DNA of 59,159 nucleotides from assembly GCA_003576805.1 (NCBI GenBank), contig QEVM01000005.1, forward strand, positions 1 to 59,159, written 5' to 3'. Shown piece by piece: positions 18,853-28,290 of the stretch. The stretch's first letter is position 1. Every line of letters begins with the position of its first letter. The DNA is from Pseudomonadota bacterium (GTDB taxonomy: Bacteria > Myxococcota_A > UBA9160 > PR03). Position numbers and translations under genes: made by a program. Below the pieces are notes generated by a model. It searched no databases. It was not told where the DNA came from and saw nothing but the letters and a program-made list of their open reading frames with translations.

Positions 18853-20235
18853 ATGCTGCGCCGCCAGAGCGAAATCTATCGAAGCGTGCTGGTCGTCGCG
18901 GACGCCGTCCTGGTCACGGCGGCCTGGCTCGGCGCGTACGCGCTGCGCTTCCAGGACTGGCTGCCGGTCCCGCGCGGCGTGCCGCCGCTCGAGCCGTATC
19001 TCTTCGCGCTCGGCCTGCTGCTGCCGCTGTGGATCTGGGTGTTCCGCAGCCGCGGCCTGTACGCGCCGCGCCGGACCGACTCGCGGATCTCCGAGGTCGC
19101 GGCCGTCTTCGCCGGCGCGACGACCGTGGTGGTCCTGCTCGTCGTCGCGACCTTCTTCGTGCGCTCCTACTTCTTCTCGCGCGGCGTGATCCTGCTCTTC
19201 TGGGTGCTCGCCGTGCTCGGCGTCTCGGCCTTCCGGCTCGTCGCGCGCGAGCTGCTCTTCGCGCTGCACCGGCGCGGCCGCAACCTGAGCCCCGTGCTCG
19301 TCGTCGGCGCCGGGCCGCTCGCGGAGCAGGTGATCGAGCGCATCCACCAGCACCCGGAGTCGGGGCTGCGCGCCGTCGGAGTGCTGGCGGGCGATCCGCG
19401 CGTCCCGCGCGTGCGCGGCGTGCCCGTGCTCGGCGGTTACGAGCAGCTGCGCGCCGCGCTCACGCGCAGCGCGGCGTCGCAGGTCGTCCTCGCGCTGCCG
19501 CGCGAGGACGGCGATCGGCTCGAAGCGATCCTCGACGAGCTCGACGACGAGCTCGTGGACGTGCGCCTCGTGCCGGACCTGCTGCACGTCGCGACGCTGC
19601 GCAGCAGCGTCGAGGACTTCGACGGCCTTCCGGTGATCTCGCTGCGCGACAGCCCGCTGCTCGGCTGGGCGGCGATCCAGAAGCGCCTGTTCGACATCGC
19701 GGTCTCGGCGCTGCTGCTGGCGGTCACCTCGCCGCTGCTCGCGGCGATCGCACTCGCGGTGCGCTGGACGAGCGGCGCGCCCGTGCTCTACGTGCAGGAG
19801 CGGATGGGGCTCGACGGGCGCGTGTTCCGCATGTTGAAGTTCCGCACCATGACGACCGACGCCGAGAGCGAAGGTCCGGTGTGGGCGCGCACCGCGGACC
19901 CGCGCACGACGCCGCTCGGCGGCTTCCTCCGCCGCACCGGCTTCGACGAGCTGCCGCAGCTCTGGAACGTGCTGCGCGGCGACATGAGCCTCGTCGGTCC
20001 GCGTCCCGAGCGGCCCGTCTTCATCGAGCAGTTCCGCAACGAGGTGCCGAACTACATGCTGCGCCACAAGGTGAAGGCCGGTCTCACCGGCTGGGCGCAG
20101 GTGCACCGCTGGCGCGGCGACACCTCGGTGCACGAGCGCATCGAGCACGACCTCTACTACATCCGCAACTGGTCGCTGTCGCTCGACGTGCGCATCCTCC
20201 TGATGACGCTCTGGCGCGCGCGGATCCCGCAATAG
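18853..20235 (+). CDS. wcaJ: Undecaprenyl-phosphate glucose phosphotransferase (WcaJ-type priming transferase)
   Basis: 4 N-terminal TMs, VLVVGAG, KRLFD, KFRTM, DPR, DELPQLWNVLRGDMSLVGPRPE, GLTGWAQV, DLYYI. Confidence 0.92.
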   Translation: MLRRQSEIYRSVLVVADAVLVTAAWLGAYALRFQDWLPVPRGVPPLEPYLFALGLLLPLWIWVFRSRGLYAPRRTDSRISEVAAVFAGATTVVVLLVVATFFVRSYFFSRGVILLFWVLAVLGVSAFRLVARELLFALHRRGRNLSPVLVVGAGPLAEQVIERIHQHPESGLRAVGVLAGDPRVPRVRGVPVLGGYEQLRAALTRSAASQVVLALPREDGDRLEAILDELDDELVDVRLVPDLLHVATLRSSVEDFDGLPVISLRDSPLLGWAAIQKRLFDIAVSALLLAVTSPLLAAIALAVRWTSGAPVLYVQERMGLDGRVFRMLKFRTMTTDAESEGPVWARTADPRTTPLGGFLRRTGFDELPQLWNVLRGDMSLVGPRPERPVFIEQFRNEVPNYMLRHKVKAGLTGWAQVHRWRGDTSVHERIEHDLYYIRNWSLSLDVRILLMTLWRARIPQ

Positions 20236-20240
20236 GTCCG

Positions 20241-21200
20241 ATGCCCGGCGCCGGCTCGCCCCGCTACGCAGCCGCGATCGTGAACCACGGCTCCTACGAC
20301 GACCTCGAGGCGTGCCTCGCGAGCGTCGCGGCGCAGCGCGTCGCCCCGGTCGCCGTCCTGGTCGTGGACACCGGCGTCGACCCGGCGCGCCTCGACGCGC
20401 TCGCGCGGGCGCATCCGGACGTCGCGTTCGAGCGGCGGCCCAACCGCGGCTGGGGCGCGGGCGTGAACCGCTTGCTCGCGCGGATCGCCGAACGCCATCC
20501 CGACGCGGAGTTCGCGCTGGTCCTGAATCCCGACATCGAGCTCGACGCCGACTTCGCGGCGCTCCTGCTCGACGCGCTCTCCGCGGACCCGCGGGTCGCG
20601 ATCGCCTCGGGCAAGCTGCTGCGGCCCGGCCGCACGGTGATCGACAGCGCCGGCATTCGCCTGCCGCGCCATCGCCGGCCGCGCGATCGCGGCAGCAACG
20701 AGCTCGACCGCGGCCAGTACGATCGCCGCGAGCTCGTCTTCGGGGTGAGCGGCGCCGCGATGCTGCTGCGCCGCGCCGCGCTCGCCGACCTCGCGGTGTC
20801 GGGCGAGATCGTGGACGAGGACTTCTTCGCGTATCAGGACGACACCGATCTCTGCTGGCGCGCGAACCGGCTCGGCTGGCGCGTGCTCTACGAGCCGCGC
20901 GCCACCGGCGTGCACGGCCGCCGCTGGCGCCGCGAGCGGCGCATGCAGATCGAGCCCTGGGTGCGCCGTCACTCGTTCAAGAACCACTATCTGCAGATCC
21001 TCAAGAACGAGCGCGGCGCGGACCTCGTGCGCAACCTTCCGTGGCTCCTCGCATGGGAGATCCTGCGGCTCGGCTTCGCGCTGTTGCGCGACCGCGAGAT
21101 CCTGGCGGCGTATCGCGAAGCGTGGCGCGGCGCGCCGCGCGCGCTCGCCAAACGCCGCGCGATCGAGGCGCGGCGGCGCGAGCTCGCGGCGCGCGGCTGA
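20241..21200 (+). CDS. Glycosyltransferase family 2
   Basis: AIVNH, VVDTG, NRGWGAGVN, LNPDI, SGAAMLLRR, FFAYQDDTDLCWR. Confidence 0.9.
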   Translation: MPGAGSPRYAAAIVNHGSYDDLEACLASVAAQRVAPVAVLVVDTGVDPARLDALARAHPDVAFERRPNRGWGAGVNRLLARIAERHPDAEFALVLNPDIELDADFAALLLDALSADPRVAIASGKLLRPGRTVIDSAGIRLPRHRRPRDRGSNELDRGQYDRRELVFGVSGAAMLLRRAALADLAVSGEIVDEDFFAYQDDTDLCWRANRLGWRVLYEPRATGVHGRRWRRERRMQIEPWVRRHSFKNHYLQILKNERGADLVRNLPWLLAWEILRLGFALLRDREILAAYREAWRGAPRALAKRRAIEARRRELAARG

Positions 21201-21310
21201 CGCGCGCGAGCGCCCGGGCAACGCGCCCGCCGCTACTTTATCCTGCGCCGCCCCGAGCCCGCTGCGCGCGGGACGCTCCCGGCGGCCTTCGGAGGTGCAG
21301 CGCGGCCCGC

Positions 21311-22921
21311 ATGTCGGATGCAGAACAACCGCTGGCGGTCGGAGTCCGCGGAGTCCGCAGCGGATCGCCGCGCGGGCTCGCGATGGGAGCGCTCGCGGTC
21401 GGCGCGATCGCCGCCTACCACTCGCTGATCGGGTACGACCCGGACTGGGAGAACGCGGACGCGCTGCGCGGCGCCGAGGGCGCGCTGTTCTCGCCGACGG
21501 GCAGCTCGCCCGAGATCGTGTTCGCCGCGCTGCTCTGGCTCGTGTGGGCGCGCGCTCCGCGCGTCGCGGAGGGATTCGGGCAGCGGCCGCTCTGGTGGGT
21601 CGCGGTGCCGTGCCTCGCGATCGCGAGCGGCCTGCTGCTCTGGGGCCACTACACGGGCGCGACCGACCTGGTCGTGCTCTCGCTCTCGTTCGCCTTCCTC
21701 GGCGGCGGCGCCTGGCTCGGCGGCTGGCGGAGCCTCTCGGCGCTCGTCGTGCCGGCGCTCTTCCTGCTGCTGCTCGTGCCGATCCCATCGGTCCTGCTCA
21801 ACGCGCTGCTCTACGACATGCAGATGATGACGGTGTGGCTCGCCGAGCAGTCGCTCGACCTGCTCGGCGTCGCGTCGCTGGTCGAAGGCGACCTGATCCG
21901 CACCGCGCAGGGGCTCTTCCACGTGATCGAGAGCTGCGCGGGCTTCCGGATCCAGGTGACGCTGCTGATGACGGTGGTGCTCTACGCGGAGCTGTTCCAC
22001 CTCTCGCGCCGCCGCGCGCTCGCGCTCTTCCTCGTGACGCCGCTGCTGTCCGTGTTCATCAACAACCTGCGCGTGCTCTCGATCGTCTTCAATCCGTACT
22101 CGAAGTTCGCCGCGGTCCACACGCTCCAGGGCCTCGCGATGATCGTGCTGGGCGTGTTCGCGATCGCGCTGGCCGACGCCGTGCTCGCGCGCGTGATCCG
22201 CGACGAGCCGGTCCGCCGCGTGCGCCGGCCGGCCGGCGAGTGGCCGGTCGCGCGGATCGCCGCCCTCGCCGGCGGCTTCGCGGCGCTCGCGCTCGCGCAG
22301 TGGCTGACGCCGCCGTGGTCGCCGCCGCCCGCGTCGCCGGCGTGGACGCTCTCCAACCTGCCGCTCGCGCACGACGGCTGGAGCTCCGAGTCGCGCAACG
22401 TCGACCGCGACTTCCTCGGCTCGGTCGCGTTCACGGAGCGCAGCTTCCGCCGCTTCTCCAAGCAGGCGGAATGGGTCGACGTCTTCGTCGGCGTCGACGA
22501 CCACCGGCGCCGCTCGGGCAGCCTGATCTCGCCGAAGACGCGGCTGCCGGGCACGGGCTTCGACGTGGAGGAGCAGGGCGGCGCCGTCGACGTCGGCGGG
22601 GTCACGGTCGAGCGGCTCGTGGTGCGCTCGGGCAAGGAACGCCAGCTCGTGTACCACTGGCGGCGCGGCGTGCTGCCGGTGCGCGAGGAAGCGCTGCGCG
22701 AGATGTTCGCGATCGACCGCAGCCGCTGGCGGCGCGACGAGCGCTCCGTCGTCGTGCGGCTCGCGACGCCGATCGACGCGCGCGGCCGCAACGCCGCGGA
22801 GCAGCGCCTCACCGGCTTCGTGCCCTTCGTACGGGAAGGGCTCGCGGCGCTCGACCGCGCGGAGGCCGGGACGCCGGCCGCGCCGGCGGCCGGCCTCGGA
22901 GCGACCGGGGCGGCCCGGTGA
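21311..22921 (+). CDS. Exosortase with C-terminal EpsI-like domain
   Basis: About 8 TMs; catalytic triad context VIESCAG (Cys), NNLRV (Arg), VHTLQG (His); C-terminal soluble domain with SPKTRLPGTGF, RQLVYHW, VVRLAT. Confidence 0.85.
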   Translation: MSDAEQPLAVGVRGVRSGSPRGLAMGALAVGAIAAYHSLIGYDPDWENADALRGAEGALFSPTGSSPEIVFAALLWLVWARAPRVAEGFGQRPLWWVAVPCLAIASGLLLWGHYTGATDLVVLSLSFAFLGGGAWLGGWRSLSALVVPALFLLLLVPIPSVLLNALLYDMQMMTVWLAEQSLDLLGVASLVEGDLIRTAQGLFHVIESCAGFRIQVTLLMTVVLYAELFHLSRRRALALFLVTPLLSVFINNLRVLSIVFNPYSKFAAVHTLQGLAMIVLGVFAIALADAVLARVIRDEPVRRVRRPAGEWPVARIAALAGGFAALALAQWLTPPWSPPPASPAWTLSNLPLAHDGWSSESRNVDRDFLGSVAFTERSFRRFSKQAEWVDVFVGVDDHRRRSGSLISPKTRLPGTGFDVEEQGGAVDVGGVTVERLVVRSGKERQLVYHWRRGVLPVREEALREMFAIDRSRWRRDERSVVVRLATPIDARGRNAAEQRLTGFVPFVREGLAALDRAEAGTPAAPAAGLGATGAAR

Positions 22922-23718
22922 GCGCCCCGCGCGCGTGGGCCGACGCGCGGCGCTACGCCGAGGTCGTCTACACGCTGGCGCTGCGCGACTTCCAGAGCCG
23001 CTTCCGCGGCAACTGGCTGGGCCTCGCCGGGCTGGTCGTCGTTCCCGTCCTGTTCCTCGCCGCCTACACGTTCGTGTTCTCGGTGCTGATGCCGGTGAAG
23101 ATCCGTCCCGACGCGGACCGCGAGGACTACGCGTTCTTCTTCTTCGCGGGGCTGATCGGCTGGACGCTGTTCGCCGAGTCCACGGCGCGCGCGCCGCGCC
23201 TGTTCGCGGGGCAGGTGCACTTCGTCCGCACGGCGCTCTTCCCGGTGTCGGCGCTGCCCGCCGCGTCGACGCTCGTCGCGTTCTACAACGCGCTCATCTG
23301 GATGGGCGTCTTCGTGCTGGCGCGCCTCGTGCGCGAGGGCTCGATCCCGCCGAGCACGCTCGCCGCGCCGCTCGTGCTCGCGCTGCTCGGGCTGCTGACG
23401 GCCGGCGTCGCGCTGCTGCTCGCCGCCGCCGGCGCGCTCGCGCGCGACCTCGCGGAGCTCGTCGGGCCGATGCTGACGGTGCTGTTGTTCGCGTCGCCGG
23501 TGATCTACCCGGCGGAGCGGCTCGCCGACGTCGCGCCCTGGCTGCTCGGCGCCAATCCGCTCGCGGCGCCGATCGACGCGCTGCGGGCGAGCCTCCTCGA
23601 CGGGCGCTGGCCGTCCGGCGCGGGCGTCGCGACGGCGGTCGGCTGGACCGCGCTGCTGCTCGGCGCGGGCATCTTCGCGCACCGGCGCGTGCGGCCCGTG
23701 CTCGGAGATCTGCTGTGA
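22918..23718 (+). CDS. wzm: ABC-2 polysaccharide export permease (Wzm)
   Basis: RDFQSRFRGNWLG, YTFVF, LFP, FASPVIYP, NPL; GTG start overlaps the exosortase stop. Confidence 0.9.
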   Translation: MSAPRAWADARRYAEVVYTLALRDFQSRFRGNWLGLAGLVVVPVLFLAAYTFVFSVLMPVKIRPDADREDYAFFFFAGLIGWTLFAESTARAPRLFAGQVHFVRTALFPVSALPAASTLVAFYNALIWMGVFVLARLVREGSIPPSTLAAPLVLALLGLLTAGVALLLAAAGALARDLAELVGPMLTVLLFASPVIYPAERLADVAPWLLGANPLAAPIDALRASLLDGRWPSGAGVATAVGWTALLLGAGIFAHRRVRPVLGDLL

Positions 23719-25007
23719 GCGAGGCGGCGCGCGTCGCGGTGCGCGTGCACGGGCTTCGCAAGGAGTACGCGCTCGACGACGGCTTCCGGCGCGCGTGGGG
23801 CGCGCTGCTGGGGCGGCCCGCGCGCGGCAAGGCCGCGATCGCCGGCGTGGATCTCGAAGTGGAGGCGGGCACGACGCTCGGGATCGTCGGCCGCAACGGC
23901 TCGGGCAAGACGACGCTGCTGCGCATCCTCGCCGGCGCGCTGCGCCCGACCGCCGGGCGGATCGAGACCGAGGGCCGCATCGCGACGCTGATCGATCTCG
24001 GCGCAGGCATCGACCCCGACTTCACCGGCCGCGAGAACGCGCTGCTGCTCGGGGTGCTGGCCGGCGCGACGCGCCGCCAGATGCTCGCTTCGCTCGATGC
24101 GGTGCGCGCGTTCAGCGGGCTCGGCAAGGCGTTCGACCAGGCCGTCCGCACCTACTCGCAGGGCATGACGCTGCGGCTCGCGTTCGCGGCCGCCGCGCAC
24201 GCCGACCCCGAGGTGCTACTGATCGACGAGGTGCTCGCGGTCGGCGACGCGTTCTTTCAGCAGCGCTGTCTGATGCGCGTCCGCGAGCTGCAGCAGAAGG
24301 GCTGCACCGTGCTCATCGTCACGCACGATCCGTCGGCGGTGTTCGGGTTCTGCGACCGGGCGATCTGGCTCGAGCACGGGCGCATCGTCTCGTCCGGCGA
24401 CCCCGCCCGGGTCGTGCGCGAGTACATGGGCGCGTACTACCGCGACGCCGCCGCGCTCGACGACGACCTCGTGGACGCCGAGGCCGCGGCGCCCGCCGCC
24501 GAGTCGTACGACGCGATCGAGCCGGCGTCCGGCGTCGCGAACGTCGACCACCGCTACGGCGACGGGCGCGCGCGCATCGAGGGCGTCGCGCTGCGCGGCG
24601 CCGACGCCGGCGCGCTCGGCGTCGTGGCGCCGGGGGAGCTGGTGCGCGTCGTGATCACGCTGCGCGCGCTCGCGCCGCTGCCGCAGCCGAACGTCGGCTT
24701 CACGCTGCGCAACCGGCTCGGCGAGGTGATCGCCGCGACCAACACGAGCTACGAGGGGCGCCCGCTCGCGCCGCTCGCCGCGGGGGACGTCGCCACCGTC
24801 GAGTTCGCGCTGCGCTGGCCGCCGTTCGCGGCGGGGCCGTTCTCGTTCTCGCCCGCGGTGGCGAACGGCGGCCTCGAACGCCATCACATGAACGACTGGA
24901 TCGACAACGCGGTCGTCGTCGAGGCCGTGAATCCGCGCGCCCGCTACGGCTGGCTCCAGCTCGACGGCGTCGCGGTGCGCGCGCGCGTCGAGCGGGAGGC
25001 GCCGTGA
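23715..25007 (+). CDS. wzt: ABC polysaccharide export ATPase (Wzt) with C-terminal carbohydrate-binding domain
   Basis: GRNGSGKTT, YSQGMTLRLAFA, LLIDEVLAVGDAFF, VTHD; extra domain starting RYGDGRARI with GFTLRNRLG...ATNT. Confidence 0.92.
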   Translation: MSEAARVAVRVHGLRKEYALDDGFRRAWGALLGRPARGKAAIAGVDLEVEAGTTLGIVGRNGSGKTTLLRILAGALRPTAGRIETEGRIATLIDLGAGIDPDFTGRENALLLGVLAGATRRQMLASLDAVRAFSGLGKAFDQAVRTYSQGMTLRLAFAAAAHADPEVLLIDEVLAVGDAFFQQRCLMRVRELQQKGCTVLIVTHDPSAVFGFCDRAIWLEHGRIVSSGDPARVVREYMGAYYRDAAALDDDLVDAEAAAPAAESYDAIEPASGVANVDHRYGDGRARIEGVALRGADAGALGVVAPGELVRVVITLRALAPLPQPNVGFTLRNRLGEVIAATNTSYEGRPLAPLAAGDVATVEFALRWPPFAAGPFSFSPAVANGGLERHHMNDWIDNAVVVEAVNPRARYGWLQLDGVAVRARVEREAP

Positions 25008-26503
25008 CCCAGCGCGTGCGCAGCGAGGGCGACGCCGAGCGCTTCCTGCCGGAGACGCACGGCGCCCTGATGACCCACGAGCACGTGCACCGCTACGCGC
25101 TCGCGGCGTCGCTGCTCTCCGGCGCGCGCGTGCTCGACCTCGGCAGCGGCGCGGGCTACGGCACCCGCCTGCTGCGCGCGGCCGGGGCGCGTGTCGTGCC
25201 GCTCGACCTCGACGCCGCGGCAGTGCGCCGCGCCGAGCCGGGCGTGCGCGGCAGCGCGACGGCGCTGCCGTTCGCCGACGGCCGCTTCGACGCCGCCGTC
25301 TGCTTCGAGATGATCGAGCACGTGCCCGAGCCGGAGCGCGTGGTCGCCGAGATCGCGCGCGTCGTCGCCGCGGACGGCGTCGCGCTGATCTCGACGCCGG
25401 ATCGCGAGATCTACACGGACCGCGCGGGGAATCGCAATCGCTACCACCTGCGCGAGCTGACGCGCGCCGAGTTCGCGGCGATGCTCGCGCGCCACTTCGC
25501 GTGCGTCGCGCTCTACGGGCAGAGCGTGTGGGCGGGGTCCTGGATCGCGCAGCTCGACGCGGCCGGCGCACCGCCGGCCGGTCCGGCGCGGGCGGTCGGC
25601 GTGACCGAGCTCGCGCGCGATGCGCGCGCGCGGCGCGCGCCGTGGGCCGATCCCGAGAGCGGCGGCTTTCCGACGCCGCTCTACGTCGTCGCCGTGTGCG
25701 CGCGCGACGCCGCGGCGCTCGCGCGCGTGCGCGCGCGGCTCGGCGACGAGCAGGTCCTCCACGATCGCGAGCAGCGCGTCGTCGGCGAGCTGTACGCGCT
25801 CGCCGAGGCGCTCGGCGAGCGAGACCGCGAGGTCGCGTCGCTCGGCGCGCACGCGCGCAACGTCGAGAGCCGGCACGAGGAGGCGGCGTCGCGCGTCGCG
25901 TCGCTCGAGCGGCACGCTGCGAACCTCGAGCAGCAGGCGTCGGCGCGCGAGGCCCGCGTCCACGAGCTCGAGCGGCACGCGCAGAACCTGGAGGAGCGGC
26001 TGGCGCAGCACGCGGCCCACTGCGAGGGCCTCGCGAAGATGGTCGCCCAGCTCCAGTCGACCGCGGCGGGCCACGAGGCCCACGCCGCGAACCTGGAGCG
26101 GCTCGCCGAGGAGCGCGAGGAGCGCGTGCGCAAGCTCGAGCTGCACGCGGCGAACCTCGAGAAGCTGGTCGCCGAGCGCAGCGCGCGCTGCGAGGGGCTC
26201 GAGGCGCACGCCGCGAACCTCGACCGCGTGCTGGCCGAGAGGAGCGCCCACGTCGAGGGGCTGCTCGCGCACGCCGCGAACCTCGAACGCGCGATCGGCG
26301 AGCGCGACGCGCGCGTCGCCGAGCTGGAGCGGCACGCGGGCGACGCCGCGGAGGAGATCCGCGCACGGCGAGCGGCGAGCGACGATCTCGCCGCGCGCCT
26401 GGCGCGCGCCGAAGCGAGCGCACGCGAGCTCGGCGACACGTTGGCGCGGCTCCGCGCGGCGCTCTGGGTGCGGGCCGGCAAGCGGCTCGGATTGACCGAG
26501 TGA
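25004..26503 (+). CDS. Class I SAM methyltransferase with long C-terminal coiled coil (WbdD-like chain terminator candidate)
   Basis: EHVHRY, VLDLGSGAGYG, FEMIEH, ISTP, YHLRE; then about 225 aa of heptad repeats and a basic amphipathic tail (LWVRAGKRLG). Confidence 0.85.
   Translation: MTQRVRSEGDAERFLPETHGALMTHEHVHRYALAASLLSGARVLDLGSGAGYGTRLLRAAGARVVPLDLDAAAVRRAEPGVRGSATALPFADGRFDAAVCFEMIEHVPEPERVVAEIARVVAADGVALISTPDREIYTDRAGNRNRYHLRELTRAEFAAMLARHFACVALYGQSVWAGSWIAQLDAAGAPPAGPARAVGVTELARDARARRAPWADPESGGFPTPLYVVAVCARDAAALARVRARLGDEQVLHDREQRVVGELYALAEALGERDREVASLGAHARNVESRHEEAASRVASLERHAANLEQQASAREARVHELERHAQNLEERLAQHAAHCEGLAKMVAQLQSTAAGHEAHAANLERLAEEREERVRKLELHAANLEKLVAERSARCEGLEAHAANLDRVLAERSAHVEGLLAHAANLERAIGERDARVAELERHAGDAAEEIRARRAASDDLAARLARAEASARELGDTLARLRAALWVRAGKRLGLTE
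25850..26344 (+). repeat. Coding repeat: LExHAANLE-like unit at 63-bp (21-aa) spacing
   Basis: HARN, HAAN, HAQN, HAAN, HAAN, HAAN, HAAN, then HAGD; spacings 21, 21, 35, 21, 21, 21, 21 aa. Confidence 0.85.
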
Positions 26504-26514
26504 GGGCGCAGCGG

Positions 26515-28290
26515 ATGCGCATCCTGCAGATCGTGCACGACTTCCTTCCGCGCCACGTGGCCGGCGTCGAGGTCTACACCGACCACGTCGCCCGCGCGCT
26601 GGCGCGCGACCACGACGTGGCGCTGCTCTACACCGAGTGCCTTCCCGAGGAGCCGAACTACTCGCTCCGGCGCGGGCGTCACGAGGGCGTCGCGACCTAC
26701 GAGATCGCCAACAACCACCTCTACGCGGACTTCGAGGAGCGCTACCGCAATCCGGCCGTCGAGGCGCTCGTCCGCGAGGTCCTCGACGAGTTCCGGCCGG
26801 ACGTGGTCCACGTCCAGCACCTGATCCACCTCTCGCTCGGCGTGCTGGACGAGCTCGACCGGCGCGGCATCCCGAGCGTGATGACTCTGCACGAGCACTG
26901 GTTCACCTGCGCGAACGGCGGCCAGCGCTTCCACCGCGACCTGGGCCGCTGCGACGTGCTCGACGCGCGCCGCTGCGCGGCGTGCACGGCGCCGATGCAC
27001 GGCGCGCGCGCGCTCGCGCCCGGCGCGGCGGACGCGGGATCGCTCGCGCTCGCGTGCGCGGAGCCGGACGCCGTCGAGACGCCCGACGCCCGCTACGTGT
27101 ACCGCGACCGGTACCTGCTGCACGGCGCCGCGCGTCCGACCTGGGTGGCGCACCCGCCCGCACGGCTCGCGTTCGCGGTCGAGGCAGGCGAGGGCGCCGC
27201 GTTCCGCGCACACGTCGCGATGCACCCGAGCACCTTCGAGACCGACGGCGGCGCGGTCCGCTTCGCGGTGCACGTGGACGGCGCCGCGCGTGCGGAGGTG
27301 AGGCTCGATCCGCGCCGCGAGCCGCAGCACCGCTTCCCGCGCGCGGTCGAGGTTCCGCTCGCGCCGGGCGCGCATCGGCTCGAGCTGTGCAGCGCGAGCG
27401 ATCCGCCGGACGCGCTCGAGTTCGCGACGGGCGGGTGGATCGATCCGCGCGTGGACGGTGGCCGGCTCGCGCCGCGCAATCTGCGCGAACGGGCCGCGCG
27501 CGCCGGCGCGCGCCTCGCGGAGCGGCTCGGTCGCGGCGAGCGCGCGCGGACGCGGGCCGCCGTCGAACGGCGCTGGGACGCGGTGCGCGCGGCCGCGCGC
27601 GGCGTCGACCTGTTCCTGCTGCCTTCGCGCTACCTGCTCGGCGAGATGGCGCGCTTCGGGCTCCCGCGCGAGCGCATGATCCACTGCGACTACGGGTTCC
27701 CGACCGACGCTTTCGCGCGTCGCGCCGACCTGCCCGAACGCGCGCGTCGTTTCGCGTTCATCGGGTCGGTGATGCGCCACAAGGGCATGCACGTGCTGCT
27801 CGAGGCGTTCGAGGGCCTGCCGCACGACGCCGAGCTGCTCGTCGCGGGCTCGCCCGCCTACGACCCCGGCTACGCCGTCTGGCTCCAGGGGAGCGCGCGC
27901 CATCCCGGCGTCCGCTTCGTCGGCGGCGTGCCGCCCGCCGCCGTCCCAGGCTTTCTGGCCGGGGTGGACGCCCTCGTGGTGCCGTCGATCTGGCAGGAGA
28001 ACTCGCCGCTCACGATCCACGAGGGATTCCTCGCCGGCATCCCCGTCGTCGCGTCGCGCATGGGCGGCAGCAGCGAGCTGATCGAAGCGGGAGGCGGCCT
28101 CCTCTACGACGCCGACGACCCGCTCGCGCTGCGCGCGGCGCTGCTGCGCCTGTACGAGGAAGCGGGGCTCGCGCGCGGGCTCGCCGCGGCCGCGCCGCCG
28201 GTGAAGTCGCTGAAGGAGCACGTCGCGGAGCTGGTCGAGCTGTACGACCGGGTCCGCTTCGCCCGGGGCCGAGCGCATGCCGACGCCTGA
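26515..28290 (+). CDS. Glycosyltransferase family 4 with an internal inserted beta-sandwich domain
   Basis: MRILQIVHDF...GVEVY, PDVVHVQHL, TLHEHW, HKG, VPSIWQENSPLTIHE. Confidence 0.9.
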   Translation: MRILQIVHDFLPRHVAGVEVYTDHVARALARDHDVALLYTECLPEEPNYSLRRGRHEGVATYEIANNHLYADFEERYRNPAVEALVREVLDEFRPDVVHVQHLIHLSLGVLDELDRRGIPSVMTLHEHWFTCANGGQRFHRDLGRCDVLDARRCAACTAPMHGARALAPGAADAGSLALACAEPDAVETPDARYVYRDRYLLHGAARPTWVAHPPARLAFAVEAGEGAAFRAHVAMHPSTFETDGGAVRFAVHVDGAARAEVRLDPRREPQHRFPRAVEVPLAPGAHRLELCSASDPPDALEFATGGWIDPRVDGGRLAPRNLRERAARAGARLAERLGRGERARTRAAVERRWDAVRAAARGVDLFLLPSRYLLGEMARFGLPRERMIHCDYGFPTDAFARRADLPERARRFAFIGSVMRHKGMHVLLEAFEGLPHDAELLVAGSPAYDPGYAVWLQGSARHPGVRFVGGVPPAAVPGFLAGVDALVVPSIWQENSPLTIHEGFLAGIPVVASRMGGSSELIEAGGGLLYDADDPLALRAALLRLYEEAGLARGLAAAAPPVKSLKEHVAELVELYDRVRFARGRAHADA

